Source of the DNA: an uncultured cyanobacterium | GTDB lineage: Bacteria > Cyanobacteriota > Cyanobacteriia > Leptolyngbyales > Leptolyngbyaceae | DNA length: 64,000 nucleotides | Assembly (NCBI GenBank): GCA_963766075.1 | Contig: CAVYAN010000061.1 | Coordinates: 1-64,000, forward strand | Direction of reading: 5' to 3' | In this document: one piece after another, positions 43,043-52,225 of the stretch | Layout: every line of letters starts with the position of its first letter | Numbering within the stretch: the first letter of the stretch is position 1 | Notes under the pieces: generated by a model | The model's input: the letters and a program-made list of their open reading frames with translations, nothing else | Told to the model about the DNA's origin: nothing | Database searches by the model: none | Translations under genes and position numbers: made by a program

Positions 43043-44064
43043 TCAGGACAGAGAACACACGGGAACCGAAATCAGGGTGCAGGCATCTTCATACACGATC
43101 AAGGTGGTTTTTAGAATGGGATCTTCGGGGGCGATCGCGACCGAAAATTCGTAGGAGCCGGGAGCTGCGACCTTGAAAAATCCCGTGTACTGGGCGCGGG
43201 CACCCACCGTTTTGCTATCATTTCGGATATATCGCGTTAACAGCGAAACCTGGTCCGCGAAAATGGATTCGCCCTCAGTATTGTGAATGGCGAGTTCCAG
43301 GTCAAAGGTTTTGGGCGCAGAGGGTGACGCCTTGACCTGAACGGTCACCCGCAGCAGGCGATCTCCCCCCTCAACAGGGCCTGCTCTGCGGCCACACCTG
43401 TTGAGCGTCTAGTTTTAGAAAGCGCAATCACCCGCTTGCCGCTAGTGGGAACAGCCCAAAATGCTAACAGCGTGGTGCAGAGGGTGCCGATCAACCCTGC
43501 CCATAGGTAGCGATCGTCGATCGCTCCGGAATACACCTGAACAGTAAACGGGATGGGCTGGTTCAGCTCCAGCCCGGCTGTATTGGTATGGTCTAGTACC
43601 GCAATGGCCAGCGTCAGGGTTTCGGCTTGTTTTGCCCGCAGATCCAATCCAGCAGCCACATCGGTTTCGGCCCAGGTGCCTGACTCCCCCTCTTCCGCCC
43701 ACTGGCCCGTTTCGGCCCAGGCATCCTTCACGGCTGAACCAATCACCTGCCCCGCGCGATCGCGAATTTGGATTTCATAGGTGGCTGATTGTTCCCAGGG
43801 CAAACTGGCCACCGCTTCCACCCGCAGGGCACCGAAACGAGTGGGGGGTAGGGCGATCGTCGGCAGATCCACTGCATCCCCTTCAGCAATAGCCAGAGAT
43901 TGAGTCAGCAGGAGCCGCTGCCAAACAGGCACCGTCAGCAAAGCCAGACTCATCACCGCCGAAAAGCTTAGAGAAACATAGGCCCATCGGCTAATGAACC
44001 GCCCCGTCGTGGAAAGGCTTGGCGGTTGAGAACCCGCTGGCTGGGAAGGATGGTCGGCAATCAT
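43043..44064 (-). CDS. Hypothetical 2-TM membrane protein with beta-rich domains; frameshift in the C6 run at 43365-43370
   Basis: ORFs 43345-44064 and 43043-43348 join if one G is added (GGDRLLRVTVQVK); W-x-E-E-G-E-S-G-T-W motif. Confidence 0.65.
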
Positions 44065-44371
44065 AGCTCTGTTTTAACTGATTCCGGATACAATGGCGCA
44101 AGTTTCCCCTACGGAGAATCAACAAGTTTTTCTTCAATCAGAGAGAGTGATTAAACTAGTGGGTGTAACTAAACCAGCGATCGGTTTGAGGTACCCGGCG
44201 AGAAGTCAACCTCGGCCTTGCTCAACCTTCAAAGCCCTGACTTGCAGGCCGAGCGAAGTCGCAGCCCGGTTTTAAGCCCGGCTTTAAACATAAATTAGAC
44301 ACCGGGAAACACCAAAATCTCCTTGGTAGAACAAAAATTATCCGAAAGAATACTCGAAAAAAGGAGCAAAT

Positions 44372-44575
44372 ATGATTGCCCAGAAAGTAGTGGAGTCGCT
44401 GGGTTGGACGCTATTTGGGATTGTTCTGCTGTACGGGGCCGTCTGGCTGTTCGATCGGTTTGATCCGATTAACTATCGCGAGGAAATTCGCAGTGGCAAC
44501 CTAGCAGCAGGACTGATCGTTGCCGCCATTATCCTCGGGATAGCCGCCATTATCGTCTCGGTGATTGTGACCTAA
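44372..44575 (+). CDS. DUF350 (YjfL-like) small membrane protein
   Basis: 67 aa, two TM helices around FDRFDPINYREEIRSGNLAAG; GGAG RBS upstream. Confidence 0.85.
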   Translation: MIAQKVVESLGWTLFGIVLLYGAVWLFDRFDPINYREEIRSGNLAAGLIVAAIILGIAAIIVSVIVT

Positions 44576-44600
44576 AGGTCCAAAGGGCCGGCAATGTTCT

Positions 44601-46149
44601 TTACATTGACGCATCCGGTTCGGGCAGCGAGATCTCGATCGCTTCGTCAGAGGGTGCGGCTGCCGACAGGCGAGGGGCCAGGGTCATCAGGGAAATCAGG
44701 GTCAGTTCCATAATTTCCATGTAGGCCTGAATATCGACTTGATCCGCCATCAGCATTTCCCGGTATTGCTGTTTAATTTGACTGAGCTTCTTCACCGCCG
44801 CTACTGGGTCAGTTTGCAGTGTTTCCTGCCAATCATCCAGTAGCAACAAGGTATCCAGAATGAACTTTTTGCGTTGACGGTCCAAAATATTGCGGCATTG
44901 ATCCGTAAACATTTGGGTTTTCTGGTGGATCTCTTCATAGATATCGGCGGGAACCGTACCGTCAATAAACATGACACGGTGTTCCTGAGACAATTCTTCA
45001 ATCCCGCGCAAGGTTTCCTGGGGATCGTGGGGCAGGAGCTCCTTGAGTTCGTTAATCCGTTTGGTTGTGGTGCCTAGGAGCTTTTTAGAGCGTTCCCGCC
45101 GCCAATATTGCAAAAATAAACCGATGCCACTGGTGCCTAGCAGAATGACTAAACCCGCTTGCAGATCATTGTTGCTTTCCAGGTAGCGAATCCAAGCTTC
45201 GCGTGGATCTCCTTCTTGAAAGACGGAGATTGCCGCCGAATGGATATAGAACAACCCCGCTTGCAACAGAGTTTTGGCATCACCTGTCTCCAATTCGGGA
45301 TAAAACTGAGCATATTTGCGCGAGTTGGAAAGGATCGCCCACGTGAGGAGGCCAACTTTGCGATTGCTGACATCGGGACGCGTCACAACCACCGTCGCCG
45401 TGGAAAGGGTGGTCAAGTCCTGGGCGGGCAGGGCGGGGGCAGGGCGATAGGTGCCAGCGGGAATGGTAGCACTTCGGTAGGAACCCGGATCAAGCCCAGT
45501 CAGATAGTTCACCAGACTCGTGGAGAGGGGCACCAGTCGTAGATTGGTAGTTGCTAGGAACTGCTGGCGCAATTTTTCACTGGCTCCGATACTGCCCACG
45601 TAAATCAGGGCGGCCAACTGTCCGGATTGAAGCTTTGGGATGCCCGTAATGAAGTTGGCATCATCGGGTTGGATGTCGAGGCTAGCGGATCGAAACAGGT
45701 GGGTGGCCGTATAGTGAATGCCACTGCCGGATGTGCCGATCGCCACACGTTTGCCCCGCAAATCCGAGAGGCTTTTAATCGCGGAATTGGTTTGGGTAAT
45801 TACATGCACCTGCTCATTGGCAAGTACCAAAACAGCTTGAACTTCGCCCTGGCGCATAAACGCATTAGCAACATCCAACTGAACAATGGCAAAGTCCACT
45901 TCTGCGATCGCGCAGCGCCTGTAAGTTTTGTAGAGAACCCTGGGTCTCTTGATTTTCTAGAACCATGTTGCCGGTCAACTGCACCGACTCCCCAATGTGC
46001 TGACCTAAGCGGTGATAGAAGCCCCCCGCAGGCCCACTGGCCAAGCGGACAGACTCGACCTTATTTGCACTGCACCCTCCGACCCAGAGCAGCAGTCCAG
46101 TCGCGATCGGTGACCACAGACGCTGAATATCGAGCCAGTGGAATTGCAT
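44601..46149 (-). CDS. TAXI-family solute-binding protein fused to a TM helix and C-terminal helical domain; frameshift near 45900
   Basis: ASGPAGGFY, ETQGSLQNL, DFAIVQLD and LRGKRVAIGTSGSG motifs, spread over two overlapping ORFs. Confidence 0.82.
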
Positions 46150-46196
46150 CTGATACCCCCTCACTTGGCTTTGTCCGCCAATCGAACTGCTGTGGT

Positions 46197-46937
46197 CTAA
46201 TGGGCCAGCACGGCAGCAGGCTCAATCGCGGTGAGCGCCTCATCCAACGGCAAAACTCGCAGGTCAGGTTTGAAGACATTCACCTGATAAACCATGCGAT
46301 AGGTCATATCGACCGCCGTTAACCAGCCACTGCGGGGATGGTAAGCACCAGTGTCAATGCCGATCCAGCCACAGCCCTGCGCCAGTTCACCGGGAGCAAC
46401 ATGGGGCAGAGTAAAGGTAATGGTATGCCCGGTAATAATTAATTTGTCCTGAAAATAGGGCACGGTACTGCGGTGAAATTCATCCCGAATCCAGCAAAAT
46501 TCATGGGCCGACTGCCTATGCAACGGCAGATGGGGATTGACACCGGCATGGACCAACCAGAGATCGCCCAAATCTAGGTATGTGGGCAAGGTGCGAAACC
46601 AATCCAGATGATCGATCAAGATACCCGCTTCGCCGTAACTGGCCACAGTGGCGCGTCCACCACTATAGAGCCAGGCTTGGAGCGCCGAAGCAGAAATCCG
46701 CCCATGGGGAAATGCCTCTAGCATCAGTTGCTCATGATTCCCCAAGAGGCAGTGGTAGCCAGCGTGCTGCACAAACTCGACGACTTTTGCACTGTCTGGT
46801 CCCCGGTCGATCAGATCTCCCAAAAAATAAACCTGATCGTCTGCACCGGGATCAATTGCCTCAAACAGACGCATCAATCCCGCATAGTGCCCATGGACGT
46901 CCCCGATAATGATGCGACGGTGACTGGTTGCGCTCAT
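46197..46937 (-). CDS. PPP-family metallophosphoesterase (Ser/Thr protein phosphatase)
   Basis: GDVHG, GDLIDRG, GNHE, HAG, GHT and IDTG motifs. Confidence 0.93.
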   Translation of the reverse strand: MSATSHRRIIIGDVHGHYAGLMRLFEAIDPGADDQVYFLGDLIDRGPDSAKVVEFVQHAGYHCLLGNHEQLMLEAFPHGRISASALQAWLYSGGRATVASYGEAGILIDHLDWFRTLPTYLDLGDLWLVHAGVNPHLPLHRQSAHEFCWIRDEFHRSTVPYFQDKLIITGHTITFTLPHVAPGELAQGCGWIGIDTGAYHPRSGWLTAVDMTYRMVYQVNVFKPDLRVLPLDEALTAIEPAAVLAH

Positions 46938-47216
46938 GCGATCGCCTTCTTCAAACAATTCACGGTTAGAATAACCATCTGACTCGATCAATTTGCCCAT
47001 TAATTTGCCCTAAGTCGTGGCATTACCCTAAATCAGAGCATTACTGGGGTAACCATTCCTTAATTATGCACTGATTATTCCGGTCGCGCCGTCCATCGAT
47101 CCCCAATATTATCGGTATATTACGGAACTTTACCCACACTTTACCTGGTTAGCCGTCGCCCCATACAGATGCACGGCAGCATTAATTCCAGGATCCCGGG
47201 GGTGTCATCCACCGCC

Positions 47217-47939
47217 TTACTGTCCCAAGGCCCGCAAAAATTGCTGCATTTGGGCAATCAGACTGCGTTGAGGCCGATTATCGCCCATGGCCTTGGCCAG
47301 AATTTCATCCAGCTTTTCGGAATTGGGGCGGAGCAATTCCTCCCCAATCAAAGTATAGCCTTCACTGCCTTCTAGCCAAACTTGCCAGGGCGTTGGGTAA
47401 CAGCGCAGCAGGGCCGCTTGGCTTAAGGGTCGGAGATAATAACAGGGTTCTACCGTGTTCAGGAAGCGTTCCCGGAGTTGGCGGGCCGTATAGCCAATGC
47501 CGACAACACTCACATCTTCTAAACGAGGATTGAACAGGATCACGGGGCGATCGCCAGCAGCGTTGCACACTTGCTCCACCACCAAGACTTCCACCGCCGA
47601 GGGCGCGATAAACACAAAGGCTTGGTCCTCCGGTGCAATCAGCTCCTCGACGGTGCTAGTTTGTCGAGATCCAGCCACATCAACACTTTTGATGGGATAT
47701 GGAAAGTCAGCCCAGAGGCGTCGAGCCAGCGCCGCCGCCCCAGCATCGGTAAAAAACACCTTTAACCCGGCACCATAGGCATCGAATCCCTGTAGGAATA
47801 ACTGTGCAGGCTCCATCGGCTTCAGCTCTGGCAGTTGCAGATCCACTTGCAGGCGCGAATACCCCGCCGCGATCGCGGCAAAAGTCGCGGCTTGAGCTTG
47901 GGCGATCGCCTCGTCAAGGGTGGTTGGGAAGTGCGTCAT
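47217..47939 (-). CDS. DUF1995 family protein
   Basis: FTDAGAAALARR, NPRLED...GIGY and RCYPTPWQVW motifs. Confidence 0.85.
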   Translation of the reverse strand: MTHFPTTLDEAIAQAQAATFAAIAAGYSRLQVDLQLPELKPMEPAQLFLQGFDAYGAGLKVFFTDAGAAALARRLWADFPYPIKSVDVAGSRQTSTVEELIAPEDQAFVFIAPSAVEVLVVEQVCNAAGDRPVILFNPRLEDVSVVGIGYTARQLRERFLNTVEPCYYLRPLSQAALLRCYPTPWQVWLEGSEGYTLIGEELLRPNSEKLDEILAKAMGDNRPQRSLIAQMQQFLRALGQ

Positions 47940-47983
47940 GGTTGGCCTCGATCAATTATTTCCAGGAAATTCCCTCAAGGCCC

Positions 47984-49261
47984 CTAAAGTGTCAACGACT
48001 GCACATCGGTTTCGATCAGTTTTGCCAAATCCCTGAGAAAGGCCGCCGCATGGGCCCCATAGATCACCCGGTGGTCACAGGTGATGTTCACGTCCATTTG
48101 AGTCCGCACCCCCATCAGACCATCCTTGGTAGCCACAACCCGGGGGGAAGAACCCCCGATCGCCAAAATCGATCCCATACCGGGAGGCAGGATAGCATCA
48201 AAACTGGTCACCCCGAACATGCCTAAATTAGAGATGGCAAAGGTACCCGTGCTGTATTCATCTGGCTGTAACTGTTTGGCGCGGGCGCGATCGACCAAAT
48301 CTTTCCAGGAGCGGGAGAGGGAATATAAATCCATCTGGTCCGCTTGCCGTAGGACCGGTGTAATCAATCCGCCATCATCCATGGCCACAGCTACCGCCAC
48401 GTTGATCGCCCCCGGATGATTGATGCTGTTGTTGGTAAAGCTCGCATTCAGTAAGGGATGCTTTTGCAACGTTATGGCCACGGCTTTTGCCAATAGGGCT
48501 GTCATCGTGACGCCCTTGGATTTGACCTGCTTATAGAGCTTGTCGAGGGCATCCGTGGTGATGGTGTAGGCCACATGGAAGGTCGGCACATCTAAGCTCA
48601 CCATCATGTTGCGCACGACAGCGTTTTGCAAGGTGGTGAGGGGAACCTGCTGGCCCACGACAGTGGGGGCCGGGGCCGGGGGGCGGACAGTGGGCGCAGG
48701 AGCAGTGGAAACCGGAGCAACTGTGGCAGGTGATGCCGCAAAAGAGGTCGCTACCGAGGGAGCTGTGGATGGCTTACCAGCAGCAGCTTCCACATCTTCA
48801 GCGACAATCCGTCCGTGGGGGCCGCTGCCACGCAGGGTGCTCAGGTCAACCTTGAGATCCTTAGCCAGCTTGCGGGCTCGGGGAGAGGCCACAATCCGAT
48901 CCGTGCGGGTAATGACGTTTTGGGCGGGGGGCGGTGTGGGAGTTGCGATCGCCGGAGCGACTGCCACCGCCGCAACTGGAGCTGAGCCACGGCCCTGGGA
49001 TTGGGCCGTGGCTAGTTCCGCTTCCGTTTCGGCAATGAGCGCGATCGTGTTACCGACAGGGGCCGCTTCACCGGCTGGGGTTAGAATTGCGCCCAGATAG
49101 CCTTCATAGAAGGATTCCACATCCATGTCGGCCTTGTCGGACTCCACCACCACCACGGTTTCACCTTTCTCGACTTTATCGCCAGGGGCCTTAAGCCAGG
49201 AAACCACTTTCCCTTCGGTCATGGTGGAACTGAGGGCAGGCATGAAGACTTCGTAGATCAT
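47984..49261 (-). CDS. pdhC: Pyruvate dehydrogenase E2, dihydrolipoamide acetyltransferase
   Basis: Lipoyl domain VESDKADMDVE, ASPRARKLA E3-binding domain, catalytic DHRVIYG. Confidence 0.97.
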   Translation of the reverse strand: MIYEVFMPALSSTMTEGKVVSWLKAPGDKVEKGETVVVVESDKADMDVESFYEGYLGAILTPAGEAAPVGNTIALIAETEAELATAQSQGRGSAPVAAVAVAPAIATPTPPPAQNVITRTDRIVASPRARKLAKDLKVDLSTLRGSGPHGRIVAEDVEAAAGKPSTAPSVATSFAASPATVAPVSTAPAPTVRPPAPAPTVVGQQVPLTTLQNAVVRNMMVSLDVPTFHVAYTITTDALDKLYKQVKSKGVTMTALLAKAVAITLQKHPLLNASFTNNSINHPGAINVAVAVAMDDGGLITPVLRQADQMDLYSLSRSWKDLVDRARAKQLQPDEYSTGTFAISNLGMFGVTSFDAILPPGMGSILAIGGSSPRVVATKDGLMGVRTQMDVNITCDHRVIYGAHAAAFLRDLAKLIETDVQSLTL

Positions 49262-49389
49262 GGACAGGGCGTTCCTTCAAGGGTTAATAAAAAAGGCATC
49301 TAGAAAAACGTGGCTAGAGATTGAGCCAAAGCGGACGAGCAGAGCAGAAGACGTCTTGAAGCAGGAGGGCAAACCATCCCGCCATTGGC

Positions 49390-49839
49390 CTAAACGTCGC
49401 CGCGCACCTCTTCGATGATGCCATCACGAATCACCACTTCAACCTGCATTTTTTCGACCAGGTTGTCGCCGATCGCTACCTTAAAAATACTGTCGATCTG
49501 GCCTTGGGCAACTTCTTGTTCCATTTCCAGGACCTGAACTTGCTGAAGCTGCTGCAATACCTGGTTTTTTTGCTCCAGAAATTCGCTTTTCTTTTGGTTC
49601 ACCTGGGCTTGGATATTGTCAATTTGTTGCAAGGTTTCGGGACCAGGCGGCTTGAGGCTTTGCTTTTGAATTTCGGCAACCATGCGCTGCCCTTGCATTT
49701 CTAATTGCTGCAGTTGGTTGTCAAGCTGGTTAATCTGAGCTTGCAGTTGCTGCTGGGCCTCGTCTTTCCAACGGGGGGTAACGATTGCTTTAACGTTCAC
49801 CGTGCGGCGAAGCAGCAAATTGGACGGCGTAAGATCCAT
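49390..49839 (-). CDS. YlqD family protein
   Basis: LLRRTVNVKAIVTPRWK, Gln-rich coiled coil, VVIRDGIIEEVRG. Confidence 0.85.
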   Translation of the reverse strand: MDLTPSNLLLRRTVNVKAIVTPRWKDEAQQQLQAQINQLDNQLQQLEMQGQRMVAEIQKQSLKPPGPETLQQIDNIQAQVNQKKSEFLEQKNQVLQQLQQVQVLEMEQEVAQGQIDSIFKVAIGDNLVEKMQVEVVIRDGIIEEVRGDV

Positions 49840-49890
49840 AGGTTCGTGAGGGAAACAGGTTCGTGAGGGAGACAGGTTCGTAAGGGAAAT
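49840..49890 (+). repeat. 17-bp tandem repeat, 3 copies
   Basis: AGGTTCGTGAGGGA(A/G)AC units directly upstream of the YlqD gene. Confidence 0.85.
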
Positions 49891-49964
49891 AGAGTCGTAA
49901 AGAAGGTTGAGCAAATAACAAACGGCTTCAGGTTCAGTGACCGGAGGCTACTCACCTAACGGGG

Positions 49965-52043
49965 TCACATAAACATCTCGTTAATCATACCCTGGTAGCG
50001 ATCCATCACGACGTTCCGCCGCATTTTTAGCGTTTGGGTCAGGAGTCCATTCTCGATGGAGAACGGTTCGAGGATCAGGCGAAATGGGCCGATGCGATCG
50101 TCCACCTTGTAGCCGGGACGATTTTGGACCTCACGGTTCAGCTCTTGGCGAAAGAGGTCTTGGATTGATTTGGCATCCAGGGCGATGGCTGTCGCGGCGG
50201 GTGATTCCGGGGTCGAGTGTGGGGTCGAGTCTGGGGCGGTATCCAGGGCCAGACCCTGGGCTGTCGCCCATTCCTGGAGGGCTTCCAAGTTGGGCACGAT
50301 GAACGCCCCTAACGCCTTTTGGTCCTGGCCTACCAGCATGATCTGGCCAATGTAGGGACTGCGCAGGCAGGCATCTTCGATCGGCTGAGGCTCAATGTTT
50401 TCACCATTGGTCAGGACAATCGTGTCCTTAGCCCGCCCCGTAAGCACCAGATCGCCATAGCTCGTCACCCAGCCGAGGTCGCCGCTGTCAAACCAGCCTT
50501 CGGGGTCAATTGCCTTAGCGGTGGCGGCGGGATTATTGTAGTAGCCCTTCATAATCTGCGGCCCGCGCAACAGGACCAATCCGCGTTTGCCCTGGGGAAG
50601 GTCTTGTCGGGTTTCAGCATCAACAATGCGGACGGCGGTTCCGGCGATCGGGGGACCAGAGGAGCCTTTTAAATTTCGCCAGGGACGGCGGACATTGGTG
50701 ACCGGAGAGGTTTCCGTCAAGCCGTACCCCACCAGCACATTGACCCCGACAATTTCAAAAAAGTCGTCCATGTGCCGAGGCAGAGCCCCGCCACCGCTGA
50801 TTGCCGCCCGAAACTCGCCCCCCGTCACAGCGGCGCGAATGGCCTGGTAGACCATTTTTTCGCCCAGGGCATGGAACGGAGAGAACACCAAGGCTTGCAG
50901 TCCGCCCATCAAACGCTGGGGCAGGGCCGGATCCTGCTTCAGTAAATCCAAGTTTTGCCAGAGGCGCTGACCTGCAAGATAGCGCTGGCTCATGCCTAGA
51001 AAAAGTTGGATTAGCTTTTGTTTGTTGGCGGGTTGGTCCTTGAATTGCTTTTGCACGCCTTCGTAGACAGACTCCCAAATGCGAGGAACGCTGACCATGT
51101 AGTGGGGCTTGTACGCCTTCAGGTCTTTTTTGATGGTGCGGATGCTGGTGTAGACCTGGGTACAGCCTTGGGAGAGCAGGTAATATTCCACGGTGCGTTC
51201 GTAGGAGTGCCAGGTGGGCAGAATGCTGAGCACGCGATCGCCCCCTGCCGGTTGAATCACCGTCCCAAAGGTCGTGACCTGATGCATCAAATTGCCGTGG
51301 GTGAGCATGACCCCCTTAGGCTGTCCGGTGGTGCCAGAGGTGTAGATCAGTGTGGCTAAATCCTGGCGGGTACGCTTTATGGGGTGAAGGCTGTGGCCTT
51401 TGCCCAGGTCGAGCAGTTGCGAAAAACTTAGAACTTTCAGAGTGTTATCTGAGCTGGCATCGAGGTCCGGTTCTTCATCGGAGAGGAAAATAACGGCGCG
51501 AAGGGCGGTAGGGTCGAGGCGATCGCGCAATCGTTGAAAGGTGGCCTGATCTTCCACAACCAAAACACTAGAGCCGCTGTTTTGCAAAATAAATAAAAGT
51601 TCTTCCTTTTCTGCCTGAGAGCTCCGCACGGCATTTATCGCCCCCGCCATCATCATCCCCTGGTCGGCAATCAACCAGCGAGGACTATTATCCGCAAACA
51701 GGGAAATTCGGTCTTCGGGGTGCACACCCAATGCCTGCAGCCCGATCGCGAATTGCTGCATTTGCTCCAGAAGTTCTCCATAGGTGATTTTAACGGGGGG
51801 CTTCAGGTGTGGAGCGTGGAGGGCAAGGACTTGTCCATGGCGCTGGGCCACGATCGCCCAAATCTCTGGAATGGTCTGCACAGCACTGTAGTCGTAGACT
51901 TTTGCCAGATTTTGGCGTTCGCGATCGGTGAGTTGATAGGGACTGGCAGCAGAATTCATGACAGCGACTCCTGGAGCGGATGAACAGACCCTGGGAACGG
52001 GAAGGATTTCTGGAGATGATTGTACAATCATCGCTGAATCCAT
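49965..52043 (-). CDS. aas: Long-chain acyl-ACP/CoA synthetase
   Basis: YTSGTTGQPKG, GYGLTET, WFDSGDLG and GRAKDTIVLTNGENIEP motifs; aas-ylqD-pdhC synteny. Confidence 0.92.
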   Translation of the reverse strand: MDSAMIVQSSPEILPVPRVCSSAPGVAVMNSAASPYQLTDRERQNLAKVYDYSAVQTIPEIWAIVAQRHGQVLALHAPHLKPPVKITYGELLEQMQQFAIGLQALGVHPEDRISLFADNSPRWLIADQGMMMAGAINAVRSSQAEKEELLFILQNSGSSVLVVEDQATFQRLRDRLDPTALRAVIFLSDEEPDLDASSDNTLKVLSFSQLLDLGKGHSLHPIKRTRQDLATLIYTSGTTGQPKGVMLTHGNLMHQVTTFGTVIQPAGGDRVLSILPTWHSYERTVEYYLLSQGCTQVYTSIRTIKKDLKAYKPHYMVSVPRIWESVYEGVQKQFKDQPANKQKLIQLFLGMSQRYLAGQRLWQNLDLLKQDPALPQRLMGGLQALVFSPFHALGEKMVYQAIRAAVTGGEFRAAISGGGALPRHMDDFFEIVGVNVLVGYGLTETSPVTNVRRPWRNLKGSSGPPIAGTAVRIVDAETRQDLPQGKRGLVLLRGPQIMKGYYNNPAATAKAIDPEGWFDSGDLGWVTSYGDLVLTGRAKDTIVLTNGENIEPQPIEDACLRSPYIGQIMLVGQDQKALGAFIVPNLEALQEWATAQGLALDTAPDSTPHSTPESPAATAIALDAKSIQDLFRQELNREVQNRPGYKVDDRIGPFRLILEPFSIENGLLTQTLKMRRNVVMDRYQGMINEMFM

Positions 52044-52102
52044 GCTGAACCCATATTCTTCTTACTTTTACAGAAACTTTTTGTAAAAGAACTTTTTGTA
52101 AA

Positions 52103-52136
52103 AAAGAATGCATTGTCTATAGACAATGCATTCTTT
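52103..52136. other. Perfect 34-bp palindrome (terminator or operator)
   Basis: AAAGAATGCATTGTCTA|TAGACAATGCATTCTTT, between the DUF3352 stop and the aas start. Confidence 0.75.
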
Positions 52137-52149
52137 CTCAGATTTTTCC

Positions 52150-52198
52150 GCCACTGGCTTGTTTCCTGCCACTGACTTGTTTCCTGCCACTGACTTGA
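52150..52198 (+). repeat. 18-bp tandem repeat
   Basis: About 2.7 copies of GCCACTG(G/A)CTTGTTTCCT. Confidence 0.8.
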
Positions 52199-52225
52199 AG
52201 CGGGTTTAGCCCGTTACCGAGATAA

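Noticed and set aside
44083..44088. TCCGGA (DIF1) upstream of the aminopropyl-transfer operon
   Set aside because: It lies only about 19 nt from the start codon, too close for a -35 element, and a lone 6-mer is expected by chance.
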